Made by a program: the position numbers and the translations under genes. The notes under the pieces are model-generated. The model made no database searches. It worked only from the letters and a program-made list of their open reading frames with translations, and was not told where the DNA came from. 13,999 bases of DNA from Candidatus Bathyarchaeia archaeon (GTDB taxonomy: Archaea > Thermoproteota > Bathyarchaeia > Bathyarchaeales > Bathycorpusculaceae), in the NCBI GenBank assembly GCA_038882655.1, contig JAVZNT010000021.1, positions 1-13,999 of the forward strand. The letters run 5' to 3'. Shown here one piece after another: positions 8,113 through 13,999 of the stretch (its first letter is position 1; the number at the start of each line of letters is the position of its first letter).

Positions 8113-8433
8113 TCACCAAGACTTTAATCGATCTCCGCTTAATTCTCTTGTTAATAAGCCAACTAAGTCACGGTGTCTCAATATTTCATGCATAATTTCG
8201 CCTTTTTGTGTCTTCTTAAACGCTTCTTTTCCATTGTGCGATATACGCTCAATAAGACCATTCTCTTCAAGATATTTTATCCATTTATCAGTTTGGGCTT
8301 CACTTCTTGCCAGTCTATAAATATCAAATCGCAATGCCACACCACGTTCCGACTGTTTCTCATTGATTACGTCCAAATACTTTTTTAATCTTTCAGATGC
8401 TCTTGAAGGCGGTGGATACCGCTTCCGCTTCAT
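8113..8433 (-). CDS. Winged-helix DNA-binding protein
   Basis: 106 aa; WIKYLEENGLIERISHNGKEAFKKTQKG matches the archaeal wHTH recognition helix and wing (L.E.GLI....Y..T.KG). Confidence 0.72.
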   Translation of the reverse strand: MKRKRYPPPSRASERLKKYLDVINEKQSERGVALRFDIYRLARSEAQTDKWIKYLEENGLIERISHNGKEAFKKTQKGEIMHEILRHRDLVGLLTRELSGDRLKSW

Positions 8434-8436
8434 CCT

Positions 8437-8778
8437 CTAATCCTCGATTGTTTTCTCCATCTCGATTAATTTTGAATATCGTTTCTTAAGCAGATCGTAC
8501 CATTGTAGCAGTTTTACGCCGAATATTACCAAAACAATGAAACCTATGGGCTCAACGACTACGCCAATGTAGTTAAGCATAGTTGTTTCGCCGGAAAATA
8601 ATGCTAATAAGTACATTGCAAAGTATGAAACACATAAAAACGCGACACTAAATGTTGTTATGGCGGAATAAAGGTGTACGGCGATGCTTCTTTTCGTGTC
8701 CTTAATTAACGCCTTCGCATCACGCCATAGTTCGTCATATATCTCCTTTAACTGTACTAATTCTTCTTCCTCATTCAT
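8437..8778 (-). CDS. Membrane protein (2 TM), unknown function
   Basis: 113 aa; charged helical ends around two TM segments; AGGTG SD before ATG; 3-bp gap to the wHTH gene. Confidence 0.75.
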   Translation of the reverse strand: MNEEEELVQLKEIYDELWRDAKALIKDTKRSIAVHLYSAITTFSVAFLCVSYFAMYLLALFSGETTMLNYIGVVVEPIGFIVLVIFGVKLLQWYDLLKKRYSKLIEMEKTIED

Positions 8779-8820
8779 AGTTACACCTTAAAATAGTTCA
8801 TCAAAGTCACTTTAGATATA

Positions 8821-8838
8821 TTTAGTTCTAGAACTAAA
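8821..8838. promoter_or_regulatory. Perfect 18-bp palindrome, putative operator in a divergent promoter region
   Basis: TTTAGTTCTAGAACTAAA is its own reverse complement; TTAGTTCTAG recurs at 8847-8856. Confidence 0.7.
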
Positions 8839-8928
8839 AATGTTGCTTAGTTCTAGTATGTGCAACGATGCTTGCTCTAGAAAATGCTCTAAATAATTAA
8901 AAATTTTAACTATACAACAGAGATCACA

Positions 8929-9780
8929 ATGAAAGTGAAGTTGATAAAAAGTAAGAGTTTATGCTTAACAATCATATTTTCAGTTGTAATGGCTCTTCTT
9001 CTTATTTATCATTTGCCGAACAATATCAAGGAACTATTGATTTTGCGCAGTGATTCATTGAATGTTTTTGCTCTTTTTACTTGTCATTTTGTTCATAAAG
9101 ATTTTGTCAACCACTTATTGCCTAACATGCTTGTTTTTCTTGGTGCTGCTTTACTTCTTTACGGCTTTCTTTCCATGTTAAATGGAAACAGATTTTTTTA
9201 TAAGCTGTTCGCTTTCAACTGTTTAGCAATGCCCTTTATTCTCTCGCTAGTTTGGGTTGGAGTATGCGCCTTCTGGAACGCGCACACGAGAAGCTATGGC
9301 TTTTCTGGAATAACATCCGCCTTTCTAGGCGCCTTAATCTTTGCTTATGTGCTTTTCCTTCACAACATTTTAAAAGTGAATACAAGTTATGCACATCTAT
9401 CCGTCATGTTCTTCATCGCTTTTCTATTTACCCTAACCTATTTCATACCCACGACAACAATCACAGTAATCGCAATAGCCGTACTAGCCACCTTCAGCGC
9501 ATTCACCTACAAAACTGTGAAAAGCATAGCCCCCCAAGCAAAAAACAAACTTCAAGAAAAAATCAAAAACCCAAAAATCGCAGTAATATTGACAAACATG
9601 CTTCTACCCTTCCTATACATGTTAATCTTCGCATTCAACCTAATTCTATTCCCTACTCAAATAGTTCAAGGAAACGTCATAGTAAACATCTTCATCCATT
9701 ACACGGGATTTGTGTTCGGAATAGGAGCAGCCCAGTTAATTTGGCAGCCCCAAAAAACCCCACCGCAAACAAAAACTTGA
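8929..9780 (+). CDS. Rhomboid-family intramembrane serine protease (divergent)
   Basis: 283 aa polytopic protein; FTCHFVH...NHLLPNM (H..H...N), YGFSG (GxSG, Ser126), IHYTGFVFG (HxxG, His257). Confidence 0.75.
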   Translation: MKVKLIKSKSLCLTIIFSVVMALLLIYHLPNNIKELLILRSDSLNVFALFTCHFVHKDFVNHLLPNMLVFLGAALLLYGFLSMLNGNRFFYKLFAFNCLAMPFILSLVWVGVCAFWNAHTRSYGFSGITSAFLGALIFAYVLFLHNILKVNTSYAHLSVMFFIAFLFTLTYFIPTTTITVIAIAVLATFSAFTYKTVKSIAPQAKNKLQEKIKNPKIAVILTNMLLPFLYMLIFAFNLILFPTQIVQGNVIVNIFIHYTGFVFGIGAAQLIWQPQKTPPQTKT

Positions 9781-9850
9781 TGAAACTTTCGGTGTGGACA
9801 AGGGCAAAATTAAGCCTTTCACGGAAGAAGACCGCGGCGGAAACCCCTAA
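9761..9850 (+). pseudogene. Possible C-terminal remnant of an archaeal VapB-like antitoxin
   Basis: Hand translation: HRKQKLDETFGVDKGKIKPFTEEDRGGNP*. No start codon in frame (TAA at 9737-9739). Resemblance to the FG.D.G.I..FTEEDR tails of archaeal antitoxins is from memory. Confidence 0.4.
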
Positions 9851-10074
9851 AGCATTTTTGTTAGGTCTTCGTAAACCCTATTTCTATACCCAACAAACAA
9901 GACGATTACTTTGGTGTTGGCTTTGTCTATTTCATATATGGCTTTGTAATCGCTTACCCTTAAGCTCCAGAAATCCGATGGTTTTAGGCGTTTTCCAGCC
10001 TTTTCCGGATTAGCCTCCAATGTTTCCTCAACAATGCGTTTCCTCACAGCTTCCCCTTCGCAAATTCTTCTCAT
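9847..10074 (-). pseudogene. relE: RelE/ParE-family toxin, N-terminally truncated
   Basis: NPEKAGKRLKPSDFWSLRVSDYKAIYEIDKANTKVIVLFVGYRNRVY is the RelE C-terminal half; the usual N-terminal strand and helix are missing and the first codons lie inside the upstream ORF. Confidence 0.7.
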
Positions 10075-10228
10075 ACATTAGGCGCTCTCTAACAAGCTCG
10101 ATAAGCGCCTCATCGCTTAAACGTGGATTCTGGGCTTTAACGCCTTCAGCACAAACCATGATGCAAACATCGCTCATGTCAACAGCGAAATTCACCCTCT
10201 GCTCTGGCTTCAACCTACGCCAATCCAA
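10028..10228 (-). CDS. Small helical hypothetical protein
   Basis: Likely TTG start at 10228 after a GGTGG SD: MDWRRLKPEQRVNFAVDMSDVCIMVCAEGVKAQNPRLSDEALIELVRERL. The track start at 10363 overlaps dapA and is unlikely. Confidence 0.55.
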   Translation of the reverse strand: MDWRRLKPEQRVNFAVDMSDVCIMVCAEGVKAQNPRLSDEALIELVRERLMYEKNLRRGSCEETHC

Positions 10229-10350
10229 AACCGCCAACCACCCAACATCTTTTAACCTAACATGCTTATCAGCTTTTAGCCACACCAAAAACTCACATTT
10301 TATAAGCGCAGAAAGCAAACCCTTACCTTCACCAGAAAGGGAATGGAAAC

Positions 10351-11259
10351 ATGCAAAAAACAAGGCTTGAAGGCATAATTGTGCCCCACATTACGCCTTT
10401 CACTGGAAAAGGCGAAATAGACTTGAAGGCACTACGCACATGCACGCGGTTCTGGATTGAAGGTGGCGTTGATGGGCTTATGCCTTGTGGCAGTAATGGC
10501 GAAGCCCCATATTTGGCTAGGGAGGAACGCCAAAAAATAATCGCCGCAGTCCTAGAAGAAGCCAAAAGTGGCATAACGGTTGTGGCTGGAACAGGCGCGC
10601 CAAGCACTTGGGAAACCATAAGCCTTACAAGAGACGCCGAAGACTTGGGCGTCGACGCCGCAGTGGTGGTCACGCCCTACTATTTTAGGCTTTCAAACCG
10701 CGAGTTAACAGCCCACTACAAAGCTGTTTTGGAGGCTGTTGACTTGCCCATAATCCTCTACAGTGTCCCAAAGTTTACTGGCTACGCTTTAGAACCAGCC
10801 GTAATTGCAGAGCTCGCCAAAGAATATTCGCATGTTGTCGGCGTAAAAGACAGCGGTGGAAACATATCCACAATAACAGAGACCATACGCCTAGTGGGCG
10901 AAAAAATAGCCGTTTTGGCTGGGACAGCCGACGTTGTACTGCCAACACTTATGCTGGGCGGGAAAGGCGCAGTAATAGCCGTAGCCAACGCCTACCCAAG
11001 GCTGTGTGCAAGCCTATACAAAGCCTACAAGCAAGGCGACATTGAAAAGGCGGTAAAACTGCAAAAGACAATAACCCGCATAAACGAAGTTCTTGTCAAG
11101 CGCTTCAACCAGCTTTCAGCCATAAAAGAAGCCATGCAAATGCTGAGATTGCCAGCAGGCTACCCGCGATCGCCAGCCCTACCACTGGACGAGGCGGAAA
11201 AAGCCGAGATAAAAAGCCTATTGGAAGCTGTCAAGGCGGAGGCTGAAGCTGAAGCCTAA
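10351..11259 (+). CDS. dapA: 4-hydroxy-tetrahydrodipicolinate synthase (DHDPS/DapA family)
   Basis: 302 aa; ITPF, GSNGE, VAGTG, VVTPYY, ILYSVPKFTG and Schiff-base lysine in GVKDS. Exact substrate within the DHDPS/NAL family is not certain. Confidence 0.88.
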   Translation: MQKTRLEGIIVPHITPFTGKGEIDLKALRTCTRFWIEGGVDGLMPCGSNGEAPYLAREERQKIIAAVLEEAKSGITVVAGTGAPSTWETISLTRDAEDLGVDAAVVVTPYYFRLSNRELTAHYKAVLEAVDLPIILYSVPKFTGYALEPAVIAELAKEYSHVVGVKDSGGNISTITETIRLVGEKIAVLAGTADVVLPTLMLGGKGAVIAVANAYPRLCASLYKAYKQGDIEKAVKLQKTITRINEVLVKRFNQLSAIKEAMQMLRLPAGYPRSPALPLDEAEKAEIKSLLEAVKAEAEAEA

Positions 11260-11434
11260 GCCTCTTTATTAGGGCTTTCACCCGCTGCTCGTCTTTTAGG
11301 AACTCTTCTATTATGGCGTTGGCAAGCTGATAGATGCGCAAATCGTTAAGCAGTGCCAACTTCCGAACCTCATGGTGCAAGTCCTCGCGAACCTCTATAA
11401 CTGTCCGCTTAAAATCCCTCGACAAGCCCTTCAA
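11231..11434 (-). CDS. Ribbon-helix-helix (CopG/Arc-like) DNA-binding protein
   Basis: KRTVIEV beta-strand, then REDLHHEVRKLALLND helix and IYQLANAIIEEFL helix; TTGA overlap with the hub gene stop. Confidence 0.75.
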   Translation of the reverse strand: MKGLSRDFKRTVIEVREDLHHEVRKLALLNDLRIYQLANAIIEEFLKDEQRVKALIKRLRLQLQPPP

Positions 11435-13053
11435 ACCCTCGCAACGCCTGCCTTATAGCGGCTTAAATGGTCTATTTTGCTTCTTAAAGCGTATAGGTAG
11501 TCGGCTAAAAGTGGGCTTTCCCTTCCAAGCTCAAGGGTTATTTCAAGCGTTTGGGTTTTGGCGTCCACGTGGTATTCAACGCTTTCTATGCGGAAGTATC
11601 CGCTTACACCTTCGTTGGACAGCTCAGCGTAGATTCTGTCGCCTGGCAAGATAGGCGTTGTGCCATAATCGAGGACTGTGCTGCGGATGGTTAAATGTTC
11701 TGTGGGATTTTTGTAATAGTCTAATAGGGCTTTGGCTCTTAACTGGCATTCGTTGTCGCTTTTCAGTTCCTCATCTGTTACGGATAGTTCGCGTAGGCCG
11801 TAGGCTGATTGGCTGTTAGCATCTTCCTGCATGGCACTGTAACGGCAGTCTGAAAAGTGTAGGTGGTCTAAGCGGAGAACTGGAGTGCAGCCTTCAGGGT
11901 GCCAAATGTGAAACTCTATGCCGCCTACCGGATTGTTCCAGTCGGCGCTGCCGACTTTTTCCCAAGTGGGCTGGTCTGTTCGCAATACGAGTTTACCCCA
12001 ACTGGCTTGGGGCGGCAGTAAAGGCTTAATGTCCAAGTCGAAGTGGTCGTTGGCGCTTTGCCAAAGGATACATTTGGCGGCTGTTGGCGAGCCGCTGCCG
12101 TATCTTGTCCAGTTAATCCAAACGTTAACCTGTTTAAAATTGCCCGGTCTGTTAAACTTGGTGCCGCTGGGCAAATTGCGATAAAGCTTTATTTCGCTGT
12201 CTGCGCTGCCGCCATAAGCGTAAACACAGAGGGAATCCGTGTATTTCTTTTGTCCATCCTCGCTTACATGGTTTGAATCTGTGGCTACTGTGCCGTTGGA
12301 AGTCCAACCGCTTGTGGATTCTGTCCACCCGTCCTCGTTGGAGTCTGAAGGCAGCTTCTTTTCAGCCGCTCCATAAACGTAAATCTTGTTTCTTATACGG
12401 CTAATGTCTTTTCGATATTCATACTCCTCAATAGCTTCGGAAAGGCTGACACTGCTTGTTTTGCTGTTCCGCCTGAAAAACTCGAATTTCCCGTCTGGAG
12501 CCACGCGGAAATCATAGCCTATAGTGCCGTAATAATCTGCGGAGTCCGCAATATAGCGTAGTATATCAAAGACTGGTGTGTTTTCATATTCAAGCTTAAC
12601 GTAAAGGGTGCTTGTGTTTTCAACAAGTTCTGTGCTGTCCCGCGTGTGGCTTAAACCCACATAATAGTCCAGTAGATGCTTGACTATGTCTTCGCCTTTC
12701 ATGTTTTCAAAAGTGCCAGTGAAAACGCGTCTGAATAGGCGTTCTCCCCAGCATCGCCCGCTAACCCGTAGGTAATGCTCCACCGGCGCGGATTCGTATT
12801 TGAGGCTTTCAATGCGGCAGGTGATTATCTGCGGAACATTAAAGCCTCTCCCAATGGAAATGGAGCCGTCCATCCCGACAGCCAGCGGAATAGAGCCGTT
12901 TGGGCTGTATTTCCCGTCCCAGTTCTGCAAAAGCAACTCGAAGCTGCTGACCTCTTTTGTGCAGCCCAAATGCACGCGGCACTCGATAACGTCGGCTTGG
13001 GGTATGCCATACTGCCCGAAGGCTACCGCCATCTTTGGAGTGTCAACGCTCAT
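11431..13053 (-). CDS. Tail tip / baseplate hub-like protein (gp27/Mu gp44/Tal-like) with internal carbohydrate-binding-like insert
   Basis: 540 aa; hub-like N-part (SSFELLL, YLRVSGRC, FENMKGEDIVKHLL, YDFRVAPDGKFEF, IRNKIYVYG) and C-part (SQSAYGLRE, RAKALL, ILPGDRI, FRIESVEY, ITLELG); directly after the tape-measure-like gene. Confidence 0.72.
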   Translation of the reverse strand: MSVDTPKMAVAFGQYGIPQADVIECRVHLGCTKEVSSFELLLQNWDGKYSPNGSIPLAVGMDGSISIGRGFNVPQIITCRIESLKYESAPVEHYLRVSGRCWGERLFRRVFTGTFENMKGEDIVKHLLDYYVGLSHTRDSTELVENTSTLYVKLEYENTPVFDILRYIADSADYYGTIGYDFRVAPDGKFEFFRRNSKTSSVSLSEAIEEYEYRKDISRIRNKIYVYGAAEKKLPSDSNEDGWTESTSGWTSNGTVATDSNHVSEDGQKKYTDSLCVYAYGGSADSEIKLYRNLPSGTKFNRPGNFKQVNVWINWTRYGSGSPTAAKCILWQSANDHFDLDIKPLLPPQASWGKLVLRTDQPTWEKVGSADWNNPVGGIEFHIWHPEGCTPVLRLDHLHFSDCRYSAMQEDANSQSAYGLRELSVTDEELKSDNECQLRAKALLDYYKNPTEHLTIRSTVLDYGTTPILPGDRIYAELSNEGVSGYFRIESVEYHVDAKTQTLEITLELGRESPLLADYLYALRSKIDHLSRYKAGVARV

Positions 13054-13054
13054 G

Positions 13055-13603
13055 CTATTCTACGCCTCGCCTGTAAAGCTCCTCCTCGCCGGCGCGGCGG
13101 ATGCTTCTCCCAGCAAAACCGGCGTAAAGTCCACCTGCAGCCTCGTTGTATTCTTTTACGGATTCTGCTGCGGAGCGCATTTGACTGGCGAAATAGGAAA
13201 CAGCCGCGGCAGCCCCGATAATGGCGGCTATTCCCACACCTGTTAAAGCCAAGAATGTGGCGAAGCTTATGTTTAGGGCGTTTTGGGCGGCGTTGGCTAT
13301 CCAGCAGGCAGCGGCGTAAACTTTCTGGGCTACGGCGGCGCCCCAGGAACTACGCATAAACATGCCAATTGTAGTGACAAGGTAAGTGAAGCTTGCTAGG
13401 GCTTTTGCCTGTTCACTGTTTAACATGCCGAAGGAGTGGGCTAAATGCACAACCGCTGAACCAGTGGCGCCCAAACCAGCCATAGCTGCGCCGAGGCTTT
13501 TAATCCGCACGCTTAAAGCTTCAGCGTCCATCTGGATTCTGGCAAACTCGTGGCTTGCACGGTTTACGGCACGAACTGTTATGGATATTTCACGGAAACT
13601 CAT
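13055..13603 (-). CDS. Short tape-measure-like protein
   Basis: 182 aa; N-terminal ISITVRAVNRAS..F motif and Ala/Gly-rich helices with AAACWIANAAQNALN and LTGVGIAAIIGAAAA; lies between gp10 and the hub gene; ATGA overlap upstream, 1-bp gap downstream. Confidence 0.65.
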   Translation of the reverse strand: MSFREISITVRAVNRASHEFARIQMDAEALSVRIKSLGAAMAGLGATGSAVVHLAHSFGMLNSEQAKALASFTYLVTTIGMFMRSSWGAAVAQKVYAAACWIANAAQNALNISFATFLALTGVGIAAIIGAAAAVSYFASQMRSAAESVKEYNEAAGGLYAGFAGRSIRRAGEEELYRRGVE

Positions 13604-13965
13604 AGCCCAGCCTCCGCTTTTGCTTTGTCAATGGCTTCAAGAATAACTTGTTCAAGGGTTGGCAGAAACTCTTGAAGGGCGGGGTTAAGGTAGGGGCGAG
13701 CTTGCATGTAGCGGGTGCCAAACTCCACGAACATAGCGTAGGAGGCTTCCGCGCCGATTTCGGCAACCCAACCCTGAACTTTAGCGTAAATTGTGCCTCT
13801 CAAATAGCCCGTCCTAGCTGGGGCTAGGGCTCTTGCGTATTCGCGGACCTCCGTAGCCCAACGCTCAAGCTGTTCGCGAACCTGCCTAAGCATAGCCTCA
13901 TCCAACCTTTGAAGTGCTTGCAAGACCTCTTCGGCATCCACTTCGATGTTTACTTCAACCGACAT
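13600..13965 (-). CDS. HK97 gp10-family tail-completion/neck protein
   Basis: 121 aa; ARALAPARTGYLRGTI, YAMFVEFGTRYMQARPYLNPA are the hallmark HK97-gp10 motifs. Confidence 0.92.
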   Translation of the reverse strand: MSVEVNIEVDAEEVLQALQRLDEAMLRQVREQLERWATEVREYARALAPARTGYLRGTIYAKVQGWVAEIGAEASYAMFVEFGTRYMQARPYLNPALQEFLPTLEQVILEAIDKAKAEAGL

Positions 13966-13999
13966 TTGCTTTCACGCTCCATCTTGGCTTTTTCCTCTT
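13950..13999 (-). CDS. 3' end of an upstream gene of the tail operon (partial)
   Basis: Frame from 13997 reads EEKAKMERESKCRLK*, with the stop at 13952-13950 overlapping the gp10 start. Confidence 0.45.
   Translation of the reverse strand, partial: EEKAKMERESKCRLK

Noticed and set aside
9252-10013. 253-aa plus-strand ORF overlapping the rhomboid and RelE fragment
   Set aside because: Out-of-frame product of A+C-rich sequence; no recognisable domain or SD.
3153-11264. Similar AGAGGCTT(T)AG words at the two module ends (+ strand near 3153, - strand near 11255-11264) as possible att sites
   Set aside because: Short, imperfect, in inverted orientation and both simply encode Arg-Leu; no tRNA or integrase nearby.
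11431-13053. Hub insert as a diversity-generating retroelement target
   Set aside because: No reverse transcriptase and no template/variable repeat pair seen in the window.
10329-13646. Antisense or alternate-frame ORFs over dapA and the tail genes (10329-10673, 11334-11654, 12775-13221, 12800-13246, 13386-13646)
   Set aside because: Shadow frames of better-supported genes.
1-13999. CRISPR array, tRNA/rRNA, IS element or integrase
   Set aside because: By eye I found no regularly spaced repeats, tRNA-like cloverleaf, transposase motifs or recombinase motifs; a covariance-model scan would be needed to exclude small RNAs.

Overview
Archaeal chromosomal DNA, judged from TATA-box promoters, GGTGA-type Shine-Dalgarno sites and the protein families; a Bathyarchaeia-like lineage is my impression only. 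Housekeeping genes (tldD/tldE pair, a nucleotidyltransferase, dapA) are interleaved with two separate, intact, tightly coupled minus-strand modules of tailed-virus (Caudoviricetes-type) genes. The packaging module (2990-6938) encodes a phage-type hypothetical protein, a 2-TM protein, a TerS candidate, a large terminase and an ABC-ATPase/GNAT fusion, with no portal gene after terL. The tail module end (11231->13999) encodes HK97-gp10, a very short tape-measure-like protein, a baseplate-hub-like protein with a CBM-like insert, and an RHH regulator. Each module ends by overlapping a convergent host gene, and no integrase or att site is visible. The leading hypothesis is a domesticated, dispersed virion system (gene-transfer-agent-like) rather than an ordinary provirus. 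Between the modules lies an accessory patch: an ApeA-like HEPN nuclease, a wHTH protein, a rhomboid protease and toxin-antitoxin remnants. There are also kilobase-scale G+T versus A+C strand-skew domains that do not follow gene direction.
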